The position numbers and the translations under genes are program-made. Below are positions 32,221-44,869 of a stretch of DNA of 64,000 nucleotides, piece after piece (position 1 is the stretch's first letter; every line of letters begins with the position of its first letter). Under the pieces are notes generated by a model that was not told the DNA's origin, did no database searches, and saw nothing but the letters and a program-made list of their open reading frames with translations. Location of the stretch: contig OZ024750.1 in the NCBI GenBank assembly GCA_964016885.1, positions 45,632,001-45,696,000 on the forward strand, in the 5' to 3' direction. This stretch comes from Eledone cirrhosa (Eukaryota).

Positions 32221-33952
32221 TCTTTGTCTATGTATCTGCAATTCCTTCCCTTTCGTATTTCACACCGTCCCACATATATTTCGCCATGTTTCATTTTAAA
32301 TCACTTCCCTAATGACGTGATAACAGACCCAAATATCTTCAATTATATTTCTTATTCTCTCTTTATCTCACTCGATCTATTTCATTCTTTTCATCTGCAT
32401 TCATCTCTTTTATCACTCCCCTTCCATCTGTATGTGTGTATGTGTGTGTGTGTGTGCGTGTGTGCATGTGTGCTTGTGTATGTATGTGTTGAAAAGAACG
32501 TGGTTAATTACTGCTACCATGTCTTATTGTAAAAAAACAAATTCCTTAATACGAAATCACGGAGAACCACGCAGGATGCTGTTCAAATATTTAGTTATTG
32601 TTGTTATCTCCGTATAACGGTATCACTATTTCATCTATGAATGTAGCCATAGCAATCTGCCGAAAATATCGCCGTATTTACTGAAGTAATCATCATGATA
32701 GGCAGTGAGCCGTTATGACAGACGTTTCTATTGCTATGTCAGGTGTTGGAAGAAGATATTTCATTCTATATCTGCTGTTGGAGATTAGTTCCGTCTTTCC
32801 CTTCCGTATTTGTTTCTTTATAATGTGAAGTTACTCAGTTTAACATAAATTGCACGATTTTCAACAATTACTGGCAATTCTATTTTGATATCTAAACCTC
32901 ATGTTTCTTTTATCTTTGGGCGTATGGTGAGTGGGAGATGTGGAGTTTCTTAACAACAATGTGGGCCTTTATTTGCAACATATAAAATATATTATAAATC
33001 GATATGGCTTAGCACTGATATATATTGGCCTAATAGAAATTTCGTTTCAAAACACAATTAAGAAGAAAACAATACATAGTTATCGAAGTAATCTGGTGAA
33101 ATAAAGGTTTATCTCCGGTAGAGCAATCCCACAAGCCAATCATTCTTCTATATATCTAGTGTCGATGAAATTAGAATCAGAAATAGATACCAGGATCAAT
33201 TAAACCAACTACTACATATATTTACTCACTCCCTCACAAAATTTATTTTTTGCTTAGACGACGGAAATTGGCCATTTTAAACTGTACCTATGAAAGGGTA
33301 GAATTATTGAAGAAGGAAATGATACAGACATCTAGATATTTGATCAATAAGCAATGTAATAGACAGTATGAATTACTTTTCTAAAAATGCAGGATCTAAA
33401 CACAATTGGCTTTATAATACGCGAAATGTATAGAAAAATAATCTTTATTTATTTATATATATTTAGCTCAAGACGTTTTCTTTGTTGGAGAAAATGTACA
33501 CAAAAAAGCTGAAATAAAATAAAGATATATGTACAGTTTAAAAAGAGACAAGTAAAAAAAAGTGCAAGAGAAAATATGTGGAGCTGCATTCATGAGAAAA
33601 TTATGATTATATGCAATATAATCTATTGTGTATGTTGTATACTTGTATGAACTGATGCATGACTGTATTTCTTTTATTCGTAGTGGATTCCACTATTACA
33701 TGCATCAATAGAGACTAAGTTTCATTCTTTTCTGCACACGATCTACTGACCAAATAAACAGTAGCTCTTTTCAAAAGGTAAAAAGCAAACGCTGTGTACA
33801 GTCAAGCTGAGAAGACAACGATAATCATATGTAAACGTATCACGCCGTCGCTTTTTACATATTTACTAACTTATTATTTTTTGTATTATATTTATATTGC
33901 AACATTGGTTTCTATTCATTTATTTATTTACTCGGGTAAATATATATATATA

Positions 33953-34032
<80 letters not shown>

Positions 34033-34152
34033 TATATATAAATATATATATATAAGTATATTAATAATATAAGAATATATATGTATATATATGTATATAT
34101 GTATATATATGTATATATGTATATATATAAGTATATTAATAATATAAGTATA

Positions 34153-34232
<80 letters not shown>

Positions 34233-34246
34233 CTTATATATATATA

Positions 34247-34284
<38 letters not shown>

Positions 34285-34700
34285 TATATATATGTATATA
34301 TATATATGTAAGTATATATATGTATATATATATATATATGAGTGTGTGTGTGTGTATGTATCTATAAGTATATATATATGTATATATATGTGTGTGTGTA
34401 TGTATATATATATTTATAAGTATATATATGTATATATATAAATATATATATATATATGTGTGTGTGCGTGTATAAACATATATGTATATGTACATATATA
34501 TATGTATATTTACACATATATATATATGTATATGTACATATATATATATATGTATAACGAAAGATTAGTATGGTTCGTTGATTACTCAACGAATACAGTT
34601 TTACAATAGATTAGAAGCACCCAAAAGTGAGTTTTACTGGAGATTTTAATATTATTAGAAATGTTAACAAAGGAAAAATATTCGCACAATCAAAATATAT

Positions 34701-34764
34701 ACATTATTATATATATTTCAAAGGTAGTGTGTTGTTTATTCAGTACGTCCTCATCAGACAAAAT
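34701..34764 (-). ncRNA. Minimal hammerhead ribozyme (family P)
   Basis: Minus: ATTTTGT-CTGATGA-ggacgtactg..cactaccttt-GAAA-TATATA-TA-ATAATGT. Confidence 0.6.
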
Positions 34765-34906
34765 ATATGATTTGATATATGACATACCGCTACGGTCTTG
34801 ATTATTCAATTCCAGTAGTGGAATTGAATAATCAAGACAGTAGCGGTATGTCAAACTGGAATTGAACTATCAAGACCGTTGAGGTATGTCATACATCAAA
34901 TCATGT

Positions 34907-34970
34907 ATTTTATCTGACGAGGATGTACTGAAAAAACAGCACAGTACCTTCGAAATATATATAATTAAAC
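34907..34970 (+). ncRNA. Minimal hammerhead ribozyme (family P)
   Basis: ATTTTAT-CTGACGA-ggatGTACTGaaaaaacagcaCAGTACcttc-GAAA-TATATA-TA-ATTAAAC. Confidence 0.65.
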
Positions 34971-35109
34971 ATATATTTTGATTATGTGAATGTCTTCATT
35001 TATTAATATTATCTATGTGTGTGTGTGTGTTTGTGTATGTGTGTGTTTATATATATATATATATATATATACATGCACACACACACACACACACACACAT
35101 GTACTCCCC

Positions 35110-35158
<49 letters not shown>

Positions 35159-35173
35159 GTATATATATATACA

Positions 35174-35205
<32 letters not shown>

Positions 35206-35855
35206 TGTTTATATATATATATATACATGCACACATACATACACACACATGTACTCCCCCCCCCCACACACACACATATATATTTTGATACCTCAAACAA
35301 TGTCGATTTTTTGTCATGAATATTAATTTCCGATTGAGCTACTAGAAAGGAATCACATGATGAAGATAATGATGAAGGTGGTGGTGGTGATGATGATGGT
35401 GGTGGTGGTGGTGATGATGATGATGATGGTGGCGATGATAGAGCTGCTCATGATGATGATGGTGGTGATGGTGATGATGATGATGATAAGAGGTAGTAGA
35501 AGAAGAAGAAGAAGAAGAAGAAGAAGAAGAAAGACGAGAAGAAAGAGGAGAAGAAAAATAAAAAGACGAAGAAAAAGAAGATATATTCAGCTTTTTCTTT
35601 CTCTTTCTTTCTCACTCTCCCTCTCTCCCTTTATCACTCTCTCCCTCACCCCCCTCTCTCTCTTCTTGTTCGTCTAACATTATTTGTGTAAATGTTCCCC
35701 GACATACACACACAATATATTTATCTATTATTTATATATATTTAATTTCTTTTAAATCAGCATGTCTAACATAATACATGTACAGGCAGACGCAGACGTA
35801 CAACAAAATCACAGCACACTCACATACACACACAGACAAACACACAGACAGACAT

Positions 35856-35923
<68 letters not shown>

Positions 35924-35968
35924 GGGTTGTATATATATGTATACAATAATATGCATATATATGTATAC

Positions 35969-36021
<53 letters not shown>

Positions 36022-36143
36022 GACAAACATAGAATATTCGAAAATATTCTGTATGTTTATAATAAACATTTTGAAGACCTAATCGCTATAGAATAGAATA
36101 CGTCACGTATTACAATTTGAGATTCTCGATAAAAGCAAGGGAA

Positions 36144-36186
36144 GTAACCTACGCGTTTCATTCTTATTTGAAATCATCAGGATTAC
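36144..36186 (-). ncRNA. Type-I hammerhead ribozyme, array unit 1
   Basis: Minus: GTAATC-CTGATGA-TTTCaaataaGAAT-GAAA-CGCG-TA-GGTTAC. Palindromic stem III ACGCGT, triplet GUA; stem I extends via ATTCTCGATAAAAGCA / TGCTTTTATCGAGAAT. Confidence 0.88.
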
Positions 36187-36455
36187 ATATCCCATGCTTT
36201 TATCGAGAATGACACAGCTAGAGACTTATAGAATACTTAGCTGTGTACAGGAACTGGTTTGAAAGAGCGGTTGCCGGTCCGGCAGAAATTAGAATTTGGA
36301 TTTAATGCTCTGAAATAGCGATATATATGTGAAGACAAACATAGAATATTCGAAAATATTCTGTATGTTTATAATAAACATTTTGAAGACCTAATCGCTA
36401 TAGAATAGAATACGTCACGTATTACAATTTGAGATTCTCGATAAAAGCAAGGGAA

Positions 36456-36498
36456 GTAACCTACGCGTTTCATTCTTATTTGAAATCATCAGGATTAC
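36456..36498 (-). ncRNA. Type-I hammerhead ribozyme, array unit 2
   Basis: Same motif as unit 1. Confidence 0.88.
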
Positions 36499-36767
36499 AT
36501 ATCCAATGCTTTTATCGAGAATGACACAGCTAGAGACTTATAGAATACTTAGCTGTGTACAGGAACTGGTTTGAAAGAGCGGTTGCCGGTCCGGCTGAAA
36601 TTAGAATTTGGATTTAATGCTCTGAAATAGCGATATATATGTGAAGACAAACATAGAATATTCGAAAATATTCTGTATGTTTATAATAAACATTTTGAAG
36701 ACCTAATCGCTATAGAATAGAATACGTCACGTATTACAATTTGAGATTCTCGATAAAAGCAAGGGAA

Positions 36768-36810
36768 GTAACCTACGCGTTTCATTCTTATTTGAAATCA
36801 TCAGGATTAC
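36768..36810 (-). ncRNA. Type-I hammerhead ribozyme, array unit 3
   Basis: Same motif as unit 1. Confidence 0.88.
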
Positions 36811-37078
36811 ATATCCAATGCTTTTATCGAGAATGACACAGCTAGAGACTTATAGAATACTTAGCTGTGTACAGGAACTGGTTTGAAAGAGCGGTTGCCG
36901 GTCCGGCAGAAATTAGAATTTGGATTTAATGCTCTGAAATAGCGATATATATGTGAAGACAAACATAGAATATTCGAAAATATTCTGTATGTTTATAATA
37001 AACATTTTGAAGACCTAATCGCTATAGAATAGAATACGTCACGTATTACAATTTGAGATTCTCGATAAAAGAAGGGAA

Positions 37079-37121
37079 GTAACCTACGCGTTTCATTCTT
37101 ATTTGAAATCATCAGGATTAC
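37079..37121 (-). ncRNA. Type-I hammerhead ribozyme, array unit 4
   Basis: Same motif as unit 1. Confidence 0.88.
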
Positions 37122-37390
37122 ATATCCAATGCTTTTATCGAGAATGACACAGCTAGAGACTTATAGAATACTTAGCTGTGTACAGGAACTGGTTTGAAAG
37201 AGCGGTTGCCGGTCCGGCAGAAATTAGAATCTGGATTTAATGCTCTGAAATAGCGATATATATGTGAAGACAAACATAGAATATTCGAAAATATTCTGTA
37301 TGTTTATAATAAACATTTTGAAGACCTAATCGCTATAGAATAGAATACGTCTCGTATTACAATTTGAGATTCTCGATAAAAGCAAGGGAA

Positions 37391-37433
37391 GTAACCTACG
37401 CGTTTCATTCTTATTTGAAATCATCAGGATTAC
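37391..37433 (-). ncRNA. Type-I hammerhead ribozyme, array unit 5
   Basis: Same motif as unit 1. Confidence 0.88.
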
Positions 37434-37859
37434 ATATCCAATGCTTTTATCGAGAATGACACAGCTAGAGACTTATAGAATACTTAGCTGTGTACAGGAA
37501 CTGGTTTGAAAGAGCGGTTGCCGGTCCGGCAGAAATTAGAATTTGGATTTAATGCTCTGAAATAGCGATATATATGTGAAGACATACATAGAATATTCGA
37601 ATTATCGAGAATCTCAAATTGTAATACGTGACGTATTCTATTCTATAGCGATTAGGTCTTCAAAATGTTTATTATAAACATACAGAATATTTTCGAATAT
37701 TCTATGTTTGTCTTCACATATATATCGCTATTTCAGAGCATTAAATCCAAATTCTAATTTCTGCCGGACCGGCAACCGCTCTTTCAAACCAGTTCCTGTA
37801 CACAGCTAAGTATTCTATAAGTCTCTAGCTGTGTCATTCTCGATAAAAGCATTGGATAT

Positions 37860-37902
37860 GTAATCCTGATGATTTCAAATAAGAATGAAACGCGTAGGTT
37901 AC
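37860..37902 (+). ncRNA. Type-I hammerhead ribozyme, inverted array unit
   Basis: GTAATC-CTGATGA-TTTCAAATAAGAAT-GAAA-CGCG-TA-GGTTAC read directly on the plus strand. Confidence 0.88.
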
Positions 37903-38059
37903 TTCCCTTGCTTTTATCGAGAATCTCAAATTGTAATACGTGACGTATTCTATTCTATAGCGATTAGGTCTTCAAAATGTTTATTATAAACATACAGAAT
38001 ATTTTCGAATATTCTATGTTTGTCTTCACATATATATCGCTATTTCAGAGCATTAAATC

Positions 38060-38116
<57 letters not shown>

Positions 38117-39091
38117 ATATGGGTGAGAAGAATACTGCTGGTTGCACATGGATAACATGTTATAAAATGAGTCCCTCATCAGTGATTTACCAAACGATCA
38201 TGGGTATTTCATCGCATTAAAAATCATATACCTCACGTTGGAGCGATAATAACTAAAATAAGTTATTAGGACAATAGAAACGCGTAAAGCGCGTGAGACA
38301 AGTAAACAACACAGGGGGAAGCTAACCGAAGATGGAAATAAACACAAGCAACATAGTTATTCTTTCAGCATAAGCTGTGTGAATATATGAGCGAGTCAGA
38401 AAACAGAACTTTCGCTAGTGAATCCGGTGTTAGAAAGAATGAAAACCGTTTTACCAGCGAACGGGAGGAAGAAAGAAGGGGAGAAACAGGGACTGAGTGA
38501 GTGTGAGTGCGAGGAAGAGGTCAGTAGAGAGAAAGAGTTAACTGACGTGCCAGAGGGGACGAAAGAAAGTAAGAGAAACAGAGAGAACGAGGGAGCAGTA
38601 AGAGAGAAAGAGAGAAACACAGAATTGCAGTTATATATATGGGTTGTATATATATGTATATATATGTATATATATGTATACATATATATGCAGGTAAAGC
38701 AATGATCCAGATGTGATAATTCTACTGTTATTTATATTACTCCTTTTATCGTTACTCCATATATTTTTCCTGTTTCAGAAGTCGCCATTTTTGGTGGTTT
38801 TATTGTTGCTCATAATATCATTATTTCTATTATTAACAGTATCACTATTATTAATATCATCATCATTTTCCTCATCGTCATCAGGTTTACCCTAATACAA
38901 TGGCTTTTCTATTCGATATTTTATTCGATATTCTACTTGTTATCAATGTAAGTGTGACATGATAAATGGTAAAATGTCTTTAATGTCATGACTGTTACTC
39001 TAAGGTGGCGAGTCTTTCCTAGATTCGATTTTGCAATTTCTAAATTTGGAATGATGTATATAAGCTTGCCAATGCTAATGTCAGAAATAAT

Positions 39092-39205
39092 TGTTTCTAC
39101 TATTGGCACAAGGCCAGAAAATAACCAGTACATTACTGGTACTTTATTTTATCGACCCCGTAAGGATGAAAGGCAAAGTTAACCTCGGCGGGATTTGAAC
39201 TCAGA
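39092..39205 (-). mobile_element. 5'-truncated SINE (main family)
   Basis: TSD CAGAAATAAT (39082-39091 / 39206-39215). Confidence 0.85.
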
Positions 39206-39269
39206 CAGAAATAATGATAAATTAAATATACGTTACTGTGAGTAAATTAATTTCACAGACATTCCCCAA

Positions 39270-39333
<64 letters not shown>

Positions 39334-39485
39334 TCAGTAGAGATTGTTTTGGTAAAAACAGGAGCAAGCAGGAGAAAGCTCTCAACAATCGCAGTGTTTA
39401 GTTATGATGAAGATTTTCATAAAAACAACAAAATAAGATGCCGAGATTACATAAATCAATTTATGTAACCTCGGCATTTATTTTG

Positions 39486-39578
<93 letters not shown>

Positions 39579-40064
39579 GTCAGCGTGTCTGACATACATA
39601 CGCAGCTTGTGAATAAAAAATTCAAGGGGTATCGCTGGCCTCCCAAACACTTTTTGTAATGTATCGTCTTATTGGCTAATTTCATCGTCTTATTGGCTAA
39701 TCAACCAACGAGAGTAATTGTTTCTCAAAAGCATCCGCCACTTTGCTTCCACGTTTATTTATCGATTCGCTTTCGAATCTTCCTCCAGTATTTCGTCGTT
39801 TATCATCAAAATATTTTTCTCCTTCAGGTAAGTTATATTGTTAATTTATATATGATTTTTTTTAATTTATATTAACTATTAAAAGTTTGAAAATATTTTC
39901 ATTACGACTTACAATACTATTTATAAGTTCATTTATAAAATAACAATTATATAATCTAATTACATTACAACGATAATTTATTATCAATATATATTAATAT
40001 TATTATTAATATATATCATGTTTAACTAGAGTTATTACAAGCGTTGCCTTAAAAAAATATTAAA

Positions 40065-40508
40065 CTAGACCTGAAAAATACGCAAGCTCAAAAGAGCCAC
40101 AGAATGTTATAATAAACCTTCAAAAGCGTGGGACTAGATTTGTTGCTCAGAAATATTGTACTCATTATCTATCGTACACTCTGTGGCATCCTTTTATAAA
40201 AAAGAGACTCATAACGAACTCAAGACGTCACGATAATTATTTAAGTGAATTTATAATATAGAATTCGGTTCAAATGCATTTCGTATTAACCATTACTAAA
40301 CATCTAATATGAGATATTGAACATTAGCTTAAATGATTATCGGGTCGTCTTGAATTCGTTATGACTCTCTTTTTTATAAAAGGATGCCACAGAGTGTACG
40401 ATGGATAATGATTACAATATTTTTTAGCAACAACTCTAGTCCCACACTTTTGAAGGTTTATTATAACATTCTGTGGCTCTTTTGAGCTTGCGCATTTTTG
40501 AGGTCTGG
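40065..40508. repeat. Fold-back element, ~185-bp diverged arms with ~70-nt spacer
   Basis: AGACCTGAAAAATACGCAAGCTCAAAAGAGCCACAGAATG.. versus ..CATTCTGTGGCTCTTTTGAGCTTGCGCATTTTTGAGGTCT. Confidence 0.9.
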
Positions 40509-40663
40509 TGTGTATATATATATATATATAAGCAAAAAGATATTTAATTTATTGGTAATTCAACAAATATATTTATAACAGATTCGAATCGCTCGACAAG
40601 TTTTCCTGGAGTATAATATCAATGATATTAATAAATGGAGACTATATTTATAAAACCATATTT

Positions 40664-40722
40664 ATTCTATTATTTATATTTCAAGGGTACTAAAACTTTG
40701 ATACGCTCTCATCAGATAAAAT
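40664..40722 (-). ncRNA. Minimal hammerhead ribozyme (family P) in a pLTR fragment from ~40530
   Basis: Minus: ATTTTAT-CTGATGA-GAGCGTATcaaagttttaGTACCCTT-GAAA-TATAAA-TA-ATAGAAT. Confidence 0.65.
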
Positions 40723-41366
40723 ATAAAATTTGTTTTATAAATAGTGACATACCCAGGAATCGAACCTTAACGGTTCAAGTTCCGTTTGGATAGTGAGAGG
40801 AGAGAGGAAAAAAGGAAAAAAGAAAAAAGAGGAAGAAACGAAAAAAGAACAAATATTTCAAATTATTTTGATGAATATGCAAATGAAGTTAAAGTGTAGG
40901 GCTGAAACAATCGTTATTTTTAGATGCTAGTTAGATTTAAATAATTATTGGGATATATATAGGGAGAAGAAAGAGAAGCTCATATTAATATTAGAGTGTA
41001 CGTGAATTTACAAATAAAAACGTTAAAAATTAAAAGTTTCTTGAAGTGGTAGAATATCAATCCAGAAATTTAAAATATAACTAAAGCATGAGTTATAATA
41101 TTATTTATATAATCATTATAATTAGATTATATGAAGAATTATGGTTGTAAGTACACTTTATCTTATTATATTACAACGGGTTATAAATATATAAATATCT
41201 ATGTAGATAAATAGATATATAAATATTATTGGTGATTATATTTTCTGTTATTTTTAATAGATATATAACGCACATATTAATTTGTTTACATTTTAAATAT
41301 ATATTACGAAGGATGTTGAGTTTACATTTTAAATATATAGTTATGAAAGAGACATATATATATATA

Positions 41367-41487
<121 letters not shown>

Positions 41488-41803
41488 AACGGAAAAAATG
41501 AAACATGTAACTAAATAGTACGTATTGTTTCCTGACTTCATTATCTACATTGGCAGTATCGGTAGAGGGTCGGACGCCATGCTTTGAAACATAGAGTACA
41601 GCGTTCCTTTGTCAGTGTTGAACAAACGAGCAACGATGGCTGCTAGACACTACGGCTTAATACGGGATGTTTGTTTACAATCACACCGATCATTATAATA
41701 AATGTTCGGTGAATCGATATGTACATATATATGTGTGCATGTATGTATATATATATACATACTACTGTACGTCTGTATACATATATGTATGTACGTGTAC
41801 ATA

Positions 41804-41854
<51 letters not shown>

Positions 41855-42099
41855 AGTGTAACGCGCCGTTACTGTTGGTTCACCCAGGTGACCTCGCTGT
41901 TTAGGTTCACTTCAGTATCGATGTGTAGGGCTAGACAGCGTGTAAAATGATAATACAAGGACGAATGATTACTCCTTCATTATGTTTATTGATTGGTGAC
42001 GCGCGTTTCGCTACTGATCAACTAAAAGTTCAATCTGTATCGATCAAGCCCGACTATGGAATCAAAAGCTCTTCGGACCTCTATGGCAATAGTGACAGA

Positions 42100-42186
<87 letters not shown>

Positions 42187-42196
42187 TGTGTGTGTT

Positions 42197-42455
42197 TGAA
42201 TAATAAGAGCAGAAATCAGGTGTCAGTTGAGTGTCAGTTCATGGTTTTACGATCGTTTCAAAATCTCGATGAATCGGCCGTCTTCAACAGAAAGGTTTCT
42301 GAGGAGGACGGACGATTGTAAGAAATAGTTAGTAACTTAACCACTACCATGTTAGTCGATATATTCTGCTCCATGGATCAATTGACCCTCTGAAACGATC
42401 GTAAAACAATGAACTAACTCTTTACCTACATCTGACTTCTGTTTCTTATTGTTGA
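42197..42455. repeat. Degenerate inverted repeat carrying the HHR 3'-half motif GAAA-CGATCG-TA
   Basis: AGTTCATGGTTTTACGATCGTTTCA (42236-42260) versus TGAAACGATCGTAAAACAATGAACT (42391-42415); related fragment at ~29762-29790. Confidence 0.6.
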
Positions 42456-42681
42456 TACACACGTATGTAAATGACTCTGTAAACGGGACGGATTTTCTTC
42501 GAGGACAACGTTGGCGGTGGTCACCTACCACAAGAACTACTGCCGAATCCCGCTACAACCATCGAGATGGATAATTCTAGAAGAAAGATAGTTCAATACA
42601 TATGTGGGTAGTGTATAGTGTGGTTATTCTATTTGTAATTTACAACATACGGATGATAAAAAAAAAAAATTTAAGTAAATA

Positions 42682-43868
42682 AATAATTGTTTCTAATTTT
42701 GGCACAAGGCCAGCAATTATCCCAGTGTATTTCTGGTGCTTCATTTTATCGACCCCTTAAGGATGAAAAGCAAACTTAACCTCAGCGGGATTTGAACTCA
42801 GACCATAAAGGGCCGTAACTCTTTGATATGAAGCATGGCGTCGGACCCTCTACCGATACTGCCAATACCCCACCGAGAAATAAACAATCGTTTCTACTTT
42901 TGGCACAAGGCCAGCAATTATTCCAATGTATTACTGGTACTTTGATTTATCGACCCCGTAAGAATGAAAGGCAAAGTCAACCTCGGCGGGATTTGAACTC
43001 AGATCGTAAAGGGACGTAACTATGCTGGAAAGCATGGCGTCCGACCCTCTACCGATACTGCCAATCCACCGAGAAATAAATAATGAGCCAGTAAAGGTTT
43101 CAGGTGAGTTATCTTGTGATCAGCCTGTACCTAGGTAATGTGATCAATTTATTTGTTTATATTTACTATATAATTAGAGTAAAATATCATAGATCTCTGT
43201 GGTGTTTGACTCAAACGAGAGGAAAGGCGATTTCCACTTCATTTGGTTTTTAACCCACCATTCTAAGAGCCACTATAAATACCATAAGACATTTTTTCCA
43301 CCATTCTAACGACTCTTTTAACACACTTTCAAATTAGTCATTAGTTGATCGTTTCTTATATAAGCACAAGGCCAACTAATCTTTTTGGGGGGAAGTCGAT
43401 TATTATTATCCATATACGTCACTGTTCCTTTATTTTATCGACCACGTAAGGAAGAAGTTCAAAGCTAATCTTAGCCGAATTTGAACTCGGAATGTAAAGA
43501 GACGTAACTATATGTCGTAAAACAATATGTCTGATGTTCTACCGATACTGCCAATCTAGCGCCGTTAAAACCAATACTCGTTAGATAAAGCACTAGATCA
43601 CTAAACTGGAGAGTCATGGCTGGCCTGATGCTAACAAACATGAGCTATAAAATACAAAGAAGTAATAAAATTTCGTTAAAGGTAGATAATTGTTTCTTCT
43701 TTTGGCACAAGGCCAGCAATTACACAGTGCATCACTAGTACTTTATTTTATCGACCTCGTAAGGATGAAAGGCAAAGTTAACCTCGGCAGGATTTGAATT
43801 CAGAATGGCAAGGGCTGTAACTCTATGCGTCAAAGCATGGCGTCCGACCCTCTACCGATACTGCCAAT
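42682..43868 (-). mobile_element. Four SINE copies (42682-42870, 42882-43070, 43350-43556, 43691-43868)
   Basis: Each matches the main SINE; the last has TSD GTAGATAAT (43682-43690 / 43869-43877). Confidence 0.85.
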
Positions 43869-43954
43869 GTAGATAATGAAGTCAGGAAACAATACGTACT
43901 ATATAGTTACATGTAAAATGCACGCAAACATATATACATGCATACATACATACA

Positions 43955-44076
<122 letters not shown>

Positions 44077-44694
44077 CATATATAAATACATACATACATA
44101 CATACATACATACATACATACATACATACATACATACATACATACATACGTAGGTACATGTGCGTGAGAGTGTATATAAATGTTGTCAACGATAATAACT
44201 TTATTTAAGAACAAAAAGGTGAAAATCAAACAGAAAGTGTGATGAAATATTTAATTTGATTTGAACACATTTTAATTCTCATTGATATAAAAATTACTCT
44301 CACTATATTTTAAAGCTTCGTATATTCTCTTGTTTCCGCCATTTTGTCTTCTCTCCCTTGTTCTGTCTTTCCCATACCATCTTACGATTCTAACCATTCT
44401 TAGCCTTCCCTTTGTGATATACTAAATAAAATATAAATACAGAATTATTATCAAATTTTCATACTTTTAATAGCATTATCTTATATTTTCATTAATGTCT
44501 TCTCTCGGTTATATTGTTTTATTTTAAATTTTCTTCGGTTTTTATTATTTACATTTAGTGTACCTTTCGCGGAGAAACGAGAATGGAATTTGAGGAGTGG
44601 AAGCAAGTGAGTGCATGTGTTTATTCCTCCCTCTGTGTAGATGATCTCTTTCTTTCTTTGCCCCCACCTGGCTCTCGCCGACTCTCTCTCTCAA

Positions 44695-44809
<115 letters not shown>

Positions 44810-44830
44810 TTGTGTGTATGTATGTATAAT

Positions 44831-44869
<39 letters not shown>

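Larger units (their letters stand above)
34590..35000. mobile_element. Family P-related fold-back element carrying two divergent HHRs
   Basis: Arms ~34680-34790 / 34880-34998; inner hairpin 34781-34852. Confidence 0.85.
36019..38063. mobile_element. 312-bp tandem array with one hammerhead per unit (non-LTR retrozyme-like): 5 direct units + 24 bp, then ~1.5 inverted units
   Basis: Unit starts (GAAGAC) at 36019, 36331, 36643, 36955, 37266 and 37578; inversion junction at ~37601/37602; about 1-2 differences per unit; (TA)n on both sides. Confidence 0.9.

Noticed and set aside
36019-37601. Ambisense (viroid-like) second ribozyme on the opposite strand of the 312-bp unit
   Set aside because: No CTGANGA core found on the plus strand of the direct units; other ribozyme classes were not testable by eye.
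36019-38063. CRISPR-like array
   Set aside because: Whole units are identical with no unique spacers; eukaryotic context, no cas genes.
38170-38300. CTGATGA (minus, 38176-38182) and GAAACGCGTA (plus, 38277-38286) next to the array
   Set aside because: They are on opposite strands and neither has its partner motif at a usable distance; at best relics.
42294-42407. Possible HHR with long stem II (GGTTT-CTGAGGA ... GAAA-CGATCG-TA-AAAC)
   Set aside because: About 85 nt between the core halves with no convincing pairing by eye; left as an inverted repeat only.
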